From contig NC_043007.1 in the NCBI RefSeq assembly GCF_006345805.1, positions 23,994,001-24,058,000 on the forward strand: a stretch of DNA of 64,000 bases, written 5' to 3'. This DNA comes from Octopus sinensis (Eukaryota). How positions within the stretch are numbered: the first letter of the stretch is position 1; every line of letters begins with the position of its first letter. The notes under the pieces are model-generated. The model had not been told where the DNA came from. It searched no databases and was given only the letters and a program-made list of their open reading frames with translations. This document shows positions 43,251 through 56,749 of the stretch, one piece after another. The position numbers were made by a program, and so were the translations under genes.

Positions 43251-44889
43251 ATGAAAAGGAGGAAAGACAAAGTTGAACTTTGAGAGGTTTGAACTGAAAT
43301 CAATTTCATGTTACACTTCCTTATACCGAGGTCAGCTTGAACCTCGTTTCATGGACCTTTGTTCTACTTCAATTACTACTACTACTACTGCTGCTGCTGC
43401 TACAACTACTCCTACATCGGCCGGTCCGGGTCCATAGTAGATGATGCTTGCCCAAAGTGCCGCACAATGGGATTGAACTCAAAACCACGTGGTTGAAAGC
43501 GGACTTCTTAACCAGACAGCCACACATGCCGGGGAAAAAAAGAACCAGTCCGAATAGACGTAACTACAATGACTTTGATCCAAGCTTTACGTGAACAGGA
43601 CCGATGTAAGGATTAAGAAAAAACATTAATCAAGGGTTAATTTTGGTTTTACAGCCCTTAATTACCAAAATGCAGATCAGTTCTTTAAGATATTTATTTC
43701 TAAGGTTTTGGGGATTATTCAAAGCTATTTGCGAACGAATTTTATTGTAAGGGAGATAACTCTATTTGTAGATGTTTTAAGGGAAATAACTCTTTTAAAT
43801 ATTTCATCGTTTTTATTAAGGTTTAGGACTTTTGACAATATCGTGGAAGGTCAATTTAGCCATAACGAAAACTAGTATTGTTATATTTCGGGCTGGTCAT
43901 TTTTTTTACTTGCGAGTGTTTTTTGGCAAAAAATTTTTTTTAATGGCGAGCCCAAAATATAAAAATATCTGTTTCATCTCACGATTTCACATCAGGAGTC
44001 TTGCAAGACAAATATATTAATGTGAAGACTAATATATTCTTTCTTTCTTTCTTTCTTTCTTTAATTTCTTTCGTTCTTTCTTTCTTTCTTTCTTTTTATT
44101 TGTTTGTCATTTCACTGCGACCATGCTGGAGCACCGCCTTTAGCCGAACAAATCGAACCCAGGACTTATTCTTTGTTAGCCAAGTACTTATTCTATCGAT
44201 CGCTTTTGCTAAACCGCTAAGTTACAGGGACATAAACACACCAGCATTGGTTGTCAAGCGATGTTGGGGGGACAAACACAAACACACACATACACACACA
44301 TACACACACATACACACACATACACACACATACACACACGCATACATAAATACGATGGGATTTTAGTTTCCGTCTACCAGTTGCACTCACAAACCTTTCG
44401 TCGGCCCGAGGTTATAGTAGAAGACACTTGCCCAAGGTGCCACGCAGTGTGACTGAACCCAGAGCCATGTGGATGGGAAGCAAGCTACAATGATCTTTTA
44501 CTTGAAACAGTTTAGTCGAAAAAATATCACCTACCAGGACTTTTTAGTTTGGTACTTATTGTATTTGATTCCGTAATCGAAGCGTTACGTTTCGAGGACG
44601 TAAATAAACCAACACCGTTGTCAAATGGTTGTAGCAAGCAAAAGCACAGACACACCCTCACATTTTCACATACATACATACACAAGCACAAATGGACATA
44701 CATACATACATACAACATACATACATACATACATACATACATACATACATACATACATACACACACATATACATACATACATACTGACATACATACACAT
44801 ACATACATACATACATACATACATACATACAAACAAACAAACATACATACATACATGCATACATACACGCACACATGTATGTGTGAATG

Positions 44890-44923
<34 letters not shown>

Positions 44924-45186
44924 GATTGTAAGGTAGATAGACACAGGCTTGAGACATATTTACATGGAGCACAAAATGCATATTATAAAATAAAGAAAAG
45001 AATGTTTTACTTCGACAGCTGCTTCAAGGTGGTCATAACTTGACTCAAGCCTAGCTGTATTTATCTCCCTTCGTATGTCCTCCACTCGATAAAGTTCGGT
45101 CTTACAACGACTTTCGACGACCAACGCTCTACATGAAAAAATTGGAGTCTAAGCTGAAAGTATTTCGCTCTCACCCTACCCCCATA

Positions 45187-45584
45187 TCTTTTATATATAA
45201 AAGAGAAGCTGTGTGTCTGTCTCCTACTATTTAGATTCCTACTACTCCCACATTTTGCGGTGCAGTTGCACCCAAAAACCGGTATCTTATAGTCGTGATT
45301 CATATCGAGCCCTTCTGGGTATTAGCGCGCGTCTACGATGAGTCTACGATTAAAAAAAAAAACCCACATCATTTTCTTCCATTTTAATGCATTTTTTCGC
45401 TATTATATAAGGGAAGTAACTCCTCTAAAAATGTCTACGATGAGTCAACGATTTAAAAAAAATTACCATAATTTTTTTCCCATTTTTAATGCATTGTTTT
45501 ACTATTTTTTGGCTATAACTCTCTAAAAATGCTTATATAGTTATTTCCCTTACAAATCCGAGCAACGCCGGGCGATACTGCTAG
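45187..45584 (+). mobile_element. Non-autonomous Helitron (398 bp)
   Basis: A|TC 5' end (TCttttatatataaaag), 3' hairpin ccgagcaacgccggg, CTAG|T end, no TSD. Internal ~100-bp tandem duplication. Confidence 0.85.
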
Positions 45585-46038
45585 TTATATATAAAGAAAA
45601 TGAGAAAAATGAAATTAAATGACAAAGGAATAAATGATTACCTTAATCGTGTATATTCATTTATCATCTCAGTTTCTTATTACCCTTCTGTACTTGACTA
45701 ACTCTTCGTTCTGAACCATACGTATATTGACTTCTACATTAGGTTATTAATCTCACAATGCCTAAGCGATTTATATATATTATATATATACGCGCACACA
45801 AACACACACACACATGTTTCTTTACTACCCACAAGGGGCTAAACACAGAGATAGGCGTAGGAGTGTCTGTATAGTAAGTAGCTTGTTTACCAACCACGTG
45901 GTTCCGGGTTCAGTCCCACTGCATGGCACCTTGGGCAAGTGTCTTCTACTCTAGCTTCGGGCCGACCTAAGCCTTGTGAGTAGATTTGGTAGACGGAAAC
46001 TAAAAGAAGCCCGTCGTATATATATATATACGTATATA

Positions 46039-46123
<85 letters not shown>

Positions 46124-46328
46124 TATATGTCCTGTGGTCTGAGTTGTCCCCGCAACATCGCTTGATGATGGCGTGGTTACGTCCCTGTACTTAGCGGTTT
46201 AGCAAAAGTAACCGACAGAATAAGTACTAGGCTTACAAAGATAACTCCTGGGATCGATTTGTTCGACTAAAGGCGGCTCCAGCATGGCCGCAGTCAAATG
46301 ACTGAAACAAAAAAAACAGTAAAATATA

Positions 46329-46373
<45 letters not shown>

Positions 46374-46429
46374 TATATATAATATATATATATATATAAT
46401 ATACATATATATTCTTTTATTTGTTTTGG

Positions 46430-46915
46430 TCATTTGACATACATACATACATACATACATACATGCATGCATACATACATACATACATACATACATACAT
46501 GCATGCATACATGCATGCATACATACATACATACATACATACATACATACATACATACATACATACTTACATACATACAGACAGACATACATACATACAT
46601 ACATACATATATACGTACATACATACATACAAACATACATACATACATACATACATACATGCATGCATGCATGCATACATACATGCATACATACATACAT
46701 ACATACATACATACATACATACATGCATACATACATACATACATACATACATACATACATACATGCATGCATGTACGCACGCATGCATACATACATACAT
46801 ACATACATACATACAAGCAAAGATACATACATACATACATACATACATACATACATACATACATACATACATACATACGTACATACGTACGTATGTATAC
46901 ATACATACTTACACG
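46430..46915. repeat. (CATA)n array with CATG variants; similar array at 44690-44880
   Basis: Seen directly. Confidence 0.95.
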
Positions 46916-47063
46916 CGGGTGCGCACGCACACACATCAATGAAGTAGTTTTTAAGTGCTTTAAAAACCTTAAATAAATTAATAGCTGATGAAGCCAATGA
47001 TGGTCTGCGTGGTAAAAGTATGTTAATAACATTTGAAAAACCCAATTTGAAACGTCACATCTT

Positions 47064-47140
<77 letters not shown>

Positions 47141-48589
47141 ACGATGTATAAGTTTTATCTTATTTTACGAATTTTAGAGCAGTTTCAATATTATTATTTC
47201 TTCTGGAAAATAAAACTGAAAGTTTGACATTTCAAAGACTGAGGAAGTAAAATATTGATGCTTATGTCATTCCCAATGGCATTTGTTAAAGTGAAGAGCA
47301 GAAATGCCAAAGCTAGTGTACACCATCAGTTAATTCCCCAAGAAACGTTTTGGTTGATTCAGGGTTTCAACCATGGGCGTAGCCAGGATCTAAAGTTAGG
47401 GGTTGCGAGCATATAAAAAGATGCCATGACACATACCAAATAATGTTTAAGTCGTTGATTTATACATTTTATAAAAGGTCCCAATTTTGAAAAATATACT
47501 CGGGGGAAGCGGTTACGCTCTTTTAACTACGTCACCAGTGTTAGCCTCTAAGCGAAGTGGACAGGGACCATGTTCCGCCAACTTCTCAGTACGCCAGTAA
47601 AACGTGAATTCTTTACAGTTAGTACGCCCCTGTCTGTAAAATGCCACGCTTTCAATTTTTAAATGATGATATCTAAATTGCTCGAAAATTCATAAAATAT
47701 GATAAAGTACAGTGGGAAGAGATAAGATGCGTTGCTTGAAACTGGGTTTTTAAATGTTGTTAACACAATAAGTTTCGAAAATCGATTAAGGTCGTTCATC
47801 ATTTTAGGCGTAGGTAAGTAGCTTGCTTACGAACTACATGGTTCTGGGTTCAGTTCCACTGCGTGAAACCTTGGGCAAGTGTCTTCCACTATAGCCTGGA
47901 GCCGACCAAAGCCTTGTGAATGGATTTGGTAGACGGAAACTGAAAGAAGCCCGTCGTATATATGTATATATTTGTATGTGTGTGTGTGTGTGTGTGTGTA
48001 TGTTTCTGTGTGTGTGTGTATGTGTGGTGTGTGTGGTGTGTGTATGTTTCTGTGTCTGTGCCCCCCCCCCAACATCGCTTGACAACCGATGCTGGTGTGT
48101 TTACGCCCACGTAACTTAGCGGTTCGGCAAAAAGAGACCGATAGAATAAGTACTAGGCTTACAAAGAATAAGTCCTGGGGTCGATTTGCTCGACTAAAGG
48201 CGGTGCTCCAGCATGACCACAGTCAAATGACTGAAAAGAGTAAAAGAGAGTAAAGGGAGTAACTGACATTTACCACGCAGTTTAAAAGAACCTACGAAAT
48301 GCAGTCATACAGAAATCTCAACAGGTTCCTAAACAAACTGCTGCACATTCTAGGGCAGCACAGGATCCCAGTCATTGAAGTCCTCAATTGTTCAGAGTCT
48401 TCCGGGATGATTTGAGATGCCTGGCACTCATAAAAAAGGCTTCTCGGAAGTAAGTGAAGTGGATGCAGCGAGTTTGAACTATAGATGTGTGGCGGACACT
48501 TAAGGGAAATTCTCTCTCTCTGTTATATATACATGAATACAGACGTAGTAGATAACAGCTAGCCTTCGGCGCCCTTTTTCACCCTGTTG

Positions 48590-48740
48590 TGTTCACTACT
48601 CTGATTGGTTTGTATTGGCGCAATTTTGTCTCTTTTTTCCTTCTGGCACTTGTACTCATTCAGACTTTTCGTATTTATTGTAATCGACCGTGTGGTGTAC
48701 TAAAGGAGCCATTCTCGTCACCTCTCCTTCGCACGGTCGG
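48590..48740. promoter_or_regulatory. CpG-retaining, non-repetitive island with two CCAAT boxes (promoter-like), or the terminal exon of the - strand gene
   Basis: ctgattggtttgtattggcgc, several CpGs, no repeat similarity recognised. Confidence 0.3.
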
Positions 48741-49841
48741 CTACAGATGTTTTTGGAGTGTCCAAAATGTGCAACGTCCTTATTCCAAGTTCAGCTCAGC
48801 AAGAATTATAAGAAGAAAGGGGATAACTGAAGCCAGCAGAAGTTAACTTTGATTTTTATCTCACCTTCGGTTAATAAAATAACTAAATGTAAGATAATGT
48901 AGGTGCTGACATGACAGTGTGGTTAAGAAATTTGCTGTGGTTTCGGATTCAGTCCCATTCTGTAGCACCTTGGGCAAATGTCTTCTACTATAGCCCCTGG
49001 GTGACTAATGTTTTTGAGAGAATTTGGTGGACGTATTCTGTATGGTAACCCGTAGTATATATTTGTGTTTGTCCTCATCACTACTTGATAACCAGGTTTT
49101 TTATTTTTAATTTAACGGTTTGACAAAAGAGGACAGAGATTAAGTATCAGACTTATAATAGGTACTGGGGTAGATTTGTTCGATGAAAGCCTTCAAGGCG
49201 ATGCCCCAGAATGGCCGCAGTCCAATGGCTGAAATAAGTAAAAAAAAAAAAAGGAAGATACAGAAGCTGATTCTGTTGAATATAGCACCACGCCATATAA
49301 AGAAAACAGAGGAACCATCATGTGATCTCTAGGCTTGTAAGAAAGAGTAGCCCATTCATCCTCAAACTTCACCCCCAACATCTTAAAAGAAACCGACGCA
49401 TTGAATAATGTAGTCCGGAGAATAGTATACCTGAAAATAAATAAATAAGTAAATAAAAGATGGGGTGATCACAGCCGAATGCCTTTTTTATTGCCCTTTC
49501 TGGTAATGTATGCTCGCATAAGGCAGCAAGCTGGCAGAAACGTTAGCACAACGGGTGAAATGCTCAGCAGTATTTCATCTGCCGCTACGTTCTGAGTTCA
49601 AATTCCGCCGAGGTCGACGTTGCCTTTCATCCTTTCGGTATCGATTAAATAAGTACCAGTTACGCACTGGGGTCGATATAATCAACTTAATCCGTTTGTC
49701 TGTCCTTGTTTGTCCCCTTCTGTGTTTAGCCCCTTATGGGTAGTAAAGAAATAGGTATTTCGTTACCTTCAATGAAACTAATAATATTGTTAGGATAGCC
49801 ATTGATCTGGAAGACAGACACGAAATAAAACCTGATGCGAA

Positions 49842-49843
<2 letters not shown>

Positions 49844-49874
<31 letters not shown>

Positions 49875-50035
49875 TTCTTTCTCCTCTCTCTCTCTCTCCT
49901 TTCTCTCTCTCTCCCTCTCCCTCTCTCTCTCCCTCCCTCTCCCTCTCTCTCTCCCTCTCTCTCTCCCTCTCTCTCTCCCTTCTCTCTCTCCCTCTCCCTC
50001 TCTCTCTCCCTCTCTCTCTCTCTCCTCTCTCTCTG
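49844..50035. repeat. (CT)n polypyrimidine tract; also 47065-47138
   Basis: Seen directly. Confidence 0.95.
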
Positions 50036-50059
50036 GAACATTGGATGATTCTACTCAAC

Positions 50060-50630
50060 GTTCGGTAAAAGAATAAAAGAAAAAGAAAAGACTGGGCCAA
50101 ATCACTGAGAAGGAAGCACACGGCTACTTGAGACGCAAAACACAGACCATAGAAGGGATGAACCGTAATAGAAGTCCCGACAAGCTCATAACCTACTTAG
50201 AATCTTTTGTGAGCCCATAATTACTAATGCTCTAAAAGCTAACATACCAAGGAAACACACCTTAACTACTAAGGTTAGAAATGCTGGACCGAACTCTAGG
50301 ATTTAATATTCACATTCCAAAAGCATGAGGTAATCATCCCATTATTTTCTGAATAAAACCAACAATAACAAACCACTTGACAAATCTTCTGACCAACAGC
50401 TTCTTTTGTAAGACTCTCTGACCTGAAAATGACACACCTGAACATACGCTCCTAAGCACAAAGCTATACAAACATGATTAAATTCTTAGCATTAGCACTT
50501 CCCTAAATTTCAGCAATAAAAATTCTCCATACCATCTACACAGTTTAATTATCTTTCTGCAGAACTCAGGTTACCCGAGAAAATTTTAACTTAACAGAAA
50601 CTTTATAAAGTCAAGATGACCTTATATGTT
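50060..50630 (+). mobile_element. Decayed LINE 3' fragment (clade uncertain); related piece at 16240-16385
   Basis: Shares aattttaacttaacaga with 16335-16352. NSFFCKTL-like frame. Confidence 0.4.
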
Positions 50631-50957
50631 TTACAGTATGATGACTGTTTGGCTGGCCGCAACTTCGAAGTCGCTGTCAATGCTATTCTTGATGGGGAAT
50701 AATAAATTTGTACTCTACCTAATGTATTGAGTAATTTTTCAATTTAATGTAAAATTGTTTTTCTATTATAAAATAAAAACAGACAATTTACACAAACACA
50801 CACACACACACATATATACGACACTACAATGCCTGCATTTGTATATATATACGAGTGCACAAGTGTTTATATATGCATATGCATATACACACACATATGT
50901 ATGTATCTATGTATGTACGTACGTATGTAGTGTATGTATATATATATATATATATAT

Positions 50958-51018
<61 letters not shown>

Positions 51019-51041
51019 AAAATAAGGTACAATCCATGTAC

Positions 51042-51177
51042 TTATAATCTCTGAAGAGGCCTTGGGATATATATGTAAGTATCTCATTTATAACCACATA
51101 TTAACTTAACACACCTGGCTAATATGAGAATAATGAGATACTCATATCTACATGGCTGAAACAGCTGTAGGATATAG
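51042..51177 (+). ncRNA. Type I hammerhead ribozyme, Penelope-type, with extended stem II
   Basis: CUGAAGA core at 51051-51057. Stem II GGCC/GGCU closes a paired ~90-nt insert. GAA, then palindromic stem III ACAGCUGU, cleavage triplet GUA (51167-51169). Stem I UAUAAUCU/GGAUAUA. Confidence 0.75.
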
Positions 51178-52039
51178 TTTATATTTATATTTATATTTAT
51201 TTATACGTATTGTACTTATTGTATCATATTACTCATTGATGTGCACTGTTTTGTTTCGTATTATTGTGTTCGATCTTGATGTTCATATGTAGTTGGTTAA
51301 TAAATTATGTGATTGGGTATTATCTGGTAGTTGATTATTGATTAAAGTGTATTCCTCCATTTTCTTATTTTGTATTATGAATTTGTGGTAAAACATTTTA
51401 CCTTCGCCCATAAAATACAATAAATGAATTAATTGCATCGCAATTCTTAACATTTATGTATTAGCTTTATTGGGCGCTTTACTGGCAGTATATTGGATAT
51501 ATGTTATTCCATAGTGGATTACACTCACAACCCTTATCTCAATTTGTAATTATATATATATATATGTATGTATGTATGTATGCATGTATGTATGTATGTA
51601 TGTATGTATGTATGTATGTATGTATGTATATGTATTTGCACACTCACATATATCTATACAAGAGCAGGCATTGTTGTGTAGTTTAAAAATTCACGTTGTT
51701 ACTATCTCGTTTCGGGTTCAGTACCACTGCTTGGATAAAAGATTCATAATTTAGCCGTATGCTGTGATGAACCAATTCATTTAGTGAGTCGCAAACTCAT
51801 GCTGAGATTAAAAAGCATGAAGCTGTTGCGTATGCTGGGTTTGTCACAAATTTCAACTGCTAAAGGCACTGCAGTTACCGTGGAGAAAAAAAATCTCTCT
51901 TATGGTAAAAAGGTGTGAAAATACCCGTTCATTCATTGTCGCTGTTTGTTAGGAATGTTTCGTGTTTTTTGACTCTTGTCAATGAGATATACCTAAGAGA
52001 GGCAACCCTGGACGAGCTAATTATAGCTTGTAGCTTTTT

Positions 52040-52431
52040 ATATGGATGGAAGCACTCCGTCGGTTACGACGACGAGGGTTCCGGTTGATCCGAATCAACG
52101 GAACAGCCTGCTCGTGAAATTAACGTGTAAGTGGCTGAGCACTCCACAGACACGTGCACCCTAAACGTAGTTCTCGGGGATATTCAGCGTGACACAGAGA
52201 TTGACATGGCCGGCCCTTTGAAGTACAGGTACAACAGAAACAGGAAGTAAGAGTGAGAGAAAGTTGTGGTGAAAGAGTACAGCAGGGATCACCACCGTCC
52301 TCTGCCGGAGGCTCGTGGAGCTTTTAGGTGTTTTCGCTCAATAAACACTCACAACGCCCGATCTGGGAATCGAAACCGCAATCCTATGACCGCGAGTCCG
52401 CTGCCCTAACCACTGGGTCATTGCGCCTCCA
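52040..52431 (-). mobile_element. tRNA-derived SINE family D2 (D1 head and body, different 3' module; tail fragment also at 22895-23065)
   Basis: Head ggcgcaatgacccagtggttagggcagcg...ggtttcgattccc. Shares ctttcaccacaactttctctcactct with D1. Confidence 0.8.
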
Positions 52432-52631
52432 GCTTTTTATATATAATTCAGTCAAAACGTTGACTGATTTTCGCAAGTAGATCGTCCGATCGAAATAGAT
52501 AACGAAACATTCTTCCGCAGCCGGCTCTGCTGGTTCGAAGTGGACATAGCACGGCGTGTTACTCTGCCACGACAAAATAAATCTCTCCTGGCAGCCTACA
52601 GTACCCCCTCTGCAAACTGAAAGTTGATACC

Positions 52632-53043
52632 TATTTCTTTACTACCCACAAGGGGCTAAACACAGAGAGGACAAACAAGCACAGACAAACGGATTAAGTC
52701 GATTATATCGACCCCAGTGCGTAACTGGTACTTATTTAATCGACCCCGAAAGGATGAAAGGCAAAGTCAACCTCGGCGGAATTTGAACTCAGAACGTAGC
52801 GGCAGACGAAATACCTATTTCTTTATTACCCACAAGGGGCTAAACACAGAGGAGACAAACAAGGACAGACATAGGTATTAAGTCGATTACATCGACCCCA
52901 GTGCGTAACTGGTACTTAATTTATCGACTCCGAAAGGATGAAAGGCAAAGTCGACCTCGGCGGAATTTGAACTCATAACGTAACGCAGACGAAATACCGC
53001 TAAGCATTTCGCCCGGCGTGCTAACGTTTCTGCCAGCTCGCCG
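52632..53043 (-). mobile_element. SINE family A tandem or self-inserted dimer
   Basis: Two tails. Internal 14-bp repeat at 52802-52815 and 52985-52998. Outer GGTATC duplication. Confidence 0.9.
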
Positions 53044-53225
53044 GATACCAACAAGTGGAAATACATGCAAATAAAATTTTTGCGAACTCCCAAAAATCTT
53101 ATATGGACCCTGGTGAAGAACCACTGTTCTAGTATAAAGTAATTTGTCAGTGGTGGTCATTTGTCTACGAGTTGACACCCATCATGTACGTATGTATATA
53201 TGTATATATGTACATATGTACGTAC

Positions 53226-53301
53226 GTCTAGCGAAGAGGTTCTCTTTCCCGGAGTATGTCTTTCACAGGTACATGAAGTATCAATGATTTTCTCATTTAA
53301 A
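53226..53301 (-). CDS. Candidate next exon (LNEKIIDTSCTCERHTPGKRTSSLD). An alternative is 53319-53425.
   Basis: Acceptor ttttctattag, donor GAC|gtacgt. Phase 2/0, compatible with the 53481 exon. Competing exon models exist on both strands. Confidence 0.35.
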
Positions 53302-53480
53302 CTAATAGAAAACCTCACGCAAATTGATGAAGACCAGCTTCTTTTTGGTGAGACGGAAATAAGGCCAGAGAAAATCAAGAAACATTTGAAAGATAGTGTT
53401 TTGGTGAAGACTACCATATGCGAAGCTAATCAGATGATGTAGAATGTGTCTTGTTATGTCCAACGTAAAAAAATACTCAC

Positions 53481-53527
53481 TGGTGCTTTTGGTTGCACCA
53501 AGTTTCAATATAAGCAATGGTAGGCGG
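53481..53527 (-). CDS. Exon of the unidentified - strand gene (PPTIAYIETWCNQKH.)
   Basis: Acceptor tttttgcttgccttctcactag, donor |gtgagt. 47 nt, open in phase 0, compatible with the 55042 exon. Confidence 0.55.
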
Positions 53528-53808
53528 CTAGTGAGAAGGCAAGCAAAAACTATTTGGAGGAGCTCATCGAAATGAAGTTCACAGTTTTTTTCACAAAACA
53601 AACGAAGAACTCATAGAATTATTAAATGAACTAAAAGACGATGCAGGGGTTGCAATTCTTTGAGGACAGGGTGTCACGCAGTGGAACACTGTACTTGAAG
53701 CCAGATTGCTTCAAAGACGGCTTCTTAACCGGACACCTGTATCTGCACGTATGTGTATGCGCGCGTGCGTGTGTGTGTGTGCATGCATGCATACATACAT
53801 ACATACAT

Positions 53809-53853
<45 letters not shown>

Positions 53854-53872
53854 CATACATATATATATACAT

Positions 53873-53996
<124 letters not shown>

Positions 53997-54653
53997 TAGT
54001 TACATAGGTGCAAGAATGAGCGTTTCACTATAAATCTTTTTTTGTATTGCCTATCCTACCATGTTTTATAACCCTACAATCTTAACATTTTATTGTATAT
54101 AGGCATATATAGCTAATTAAGAACATATAACTACCATTAATCCTATCCCAAGTGCTTCATATCAAGTGTGTGCATATCGTTGCTGGCTGTTCCCATCACG
54201 TATAACAAACCTTCTTTTGTTGGAGAAATAGGTTGTTCTTCAATGTGTAATGTTACTTCCAACCTTATAACCTTGTTATATGTCATCGGCTGAAAACGAA
54301 GTCTTCACTGTCACGTCGTTAAGGTGAGCACAAGAGTGCAACCTTCATTATTTCTTTTGTCAGAAACGAATTAACATTCTCTTTATGTCATGCCAGCGTC
54401 TGTGTGTGTGTGTGTGTGTATCAAAAATACAACACCAAGTGCACACACACACACACTCATAAACACACACGCACTCACTCACTCACATACACACGTTCCG
54501 AGTTCGAATTCCGCCGACGTTGACTTTGCTTTCGGGGGGGGGGGCATAAAATAAGTACCAGTTATGTATTGGTGTCGATGTAATCGATTTACCCATCCAC
54601 TGAATTTGCTGGCCTTGTGCCAAAAATTGAAACTAATACATTGCAATGTGTGT

Positions 54654-54686
<33 letters not shown>

Positions 54687-55041
54687 AAGTGTTGGATTTT
54701 AATTTTAATTCACCTGAAGAAAACGGTTTTCTTCATGATGTAATTGATTTGTTCATCAATAAAGAAAGAAAAACTCGTTTGAAACAAGTGTAATGAACTT
54801 CACCCCATTTGTGTTATATATATAACATGGACGTGCGCGCACACATACAGATGTATATATATATATATATAATATATATAATATATATATATACATAGAA
54901 GTAAATATATGGTACAACGAAGTACCGATATTTACTGGAAAATAGCGAACGTAATAAATACGACGTTAATGTATATAGCTTCACCGCGTTTGTACTAGCA
55001 AAAATGCGTGTGTGCAACAAACTTGAAAAAAATTGTCTTAC

Positions 55042-55224
55042 CTCCAGGGAGAACATCTGAAAGATGAAATACCTAGAAAGGGATAATGTGGTACCGGTTT
55101 CAGATTTTTCAAGATATGTCTGCACACATATACTTGATTTATCTTCATCAGCCAACATATACCTCGACAACATTTCAAATGTTGCCGCATCAATGCCAAT
55201 ACACTCGACTGAAACGCCAAAACG
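55042..55224 (-). CDS. Exon of an unidentified - strand gene (RFGVSVECIGIDAATFEMLSRYMLADEDKSSICVQTYLEKSETGTTLSLSRYFIFQMFSLE)
   Basis: Long pyrimidine acceptor cttcttcactattctcgttctgtcag, consensus donor GAG|gtaaga. 183 nt, fully open, phase 0/0, non-repetitive sequence. Confidence 0.65.
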
Positions 55225-55259
55225 CTGACAGAACGAGAATAGTGAAGAAGTTTCAATAA

Positions 55260-55513
<254 letters not shown>

Positions 55514-55799
55514 TATGTATATATACACACGTCCTTGTTTTCTTTGTATCGTCTGTCTGGATGTCTTGTCTCTTTTTTTATATCACCTAACTGTCTGGAT
55601 GTTTTGCGTTCTTGTCCCATTTTTTTTTTGTGTGTGTATATATATACGACGGGCTTCTTTCCGTTTCCGTCTACCAAATCTACTCACAAGGCTTTGGTCG
55701 TCCATGTATAAATTTATCATTCTTAAATTAGAATAATAAATTTGTACTCTACAGCAGTAACCCATCAGATTAAGGGAAAGTTGTTTTTATTATAACTGA

Positions 55800-56403
55800 A
55801 CATAAAAACAATCGCGCACCCTCGACCGCCTTCTTCTCGCTTATTCCACCCTTTTCTCCTGCTGCTCACCATCTGTTGCACATTCCACCTTATGCTTCAT
55901 CCTCCATCTAAACCACATTTCCACCACTTTCTCGCTCGCACTAATCAACATAAGCTGCACTCATTCTTTCATTCTGAAGCGGAGCGCTCTCTTCTCAGTA
56001 AGGGTCTGCGCTTCATCCCCTCCTCACTCCATCCAGTAACGAGTTTCAGACCTGCGCTCATATTCATAGCTCTGTGCACCGAGTCAGGCTACATGCACTA
56101 TTCCACAACACTCCACCTGTATCTAATGAAGAAGACTGCTTCACCAACCTCGGCTGCCGACCATCCCACTGGACGCCAGCTCTTGGCCAGTTCCAAGCAG
56201 TTGATCATTTTGCAAAGCATCTGCCAATGTGTTGTGGACAGATTCAACTTTTGCAGGCGTCCTCAACATTTCCACATTTCTCCGCCCGAACTCTCGGCCC
56301 TTCGATGTCTCCGACACCGTAAAGATATCGTTACAAAACCTGCCGACAAGGAAGGAGCTGTAGTGACGTGGAGTGCAGACCTTCACAAGACTGAAGCTCA
56401 CCA
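55800..56403 (+). mobile_element. Penelope-like element, RT N-terminal fragment
   Basis: SEAERSLLSKGLRFIP ... ISPPELSALRCLRHRKDIVTKPADKEGAVVTW matches the PLE pre-RT motif KPADKGGAVV. Confidence 0.85.
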
Positions 56404-56538
56404 GTCTTGTATGAAATTGTAAAACGAAAGGAAATAAATTTTGAGGATTAACAAATTTCCATATTCTATATAGTTATAATACTGCTTATATATATAATAT
56501 ATATATTATATATATATATATAATATATTATATATATA

Positions 56539-56603
<65 letters not shown>

Positions 56604-56706
56604 AGAGTTACCGTTAAGTGGTTAACTCTAGTGCTTAACTCTAGGTGTTAAACTGATGGTATTATTAAATTAATATCTAATTTTTCACCCTTATTTATGA
56701 ATATAT

Positions 56707-56748
<42 letters not shown>

Positions 56749-56749
<1 letters not shown>

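Noticed and set aside
47373-47536. Possible MITE starting catgggcgtagccagg
   Set aside because: The matching TIR is too degenerate to support a call.
54711-54735. 10-bp hairpin tgaagaaaac-g-gttttcttca
   Set aside because: Short AT-rich palindrome, expected by chance in 64 kb of AT-rich DNA.
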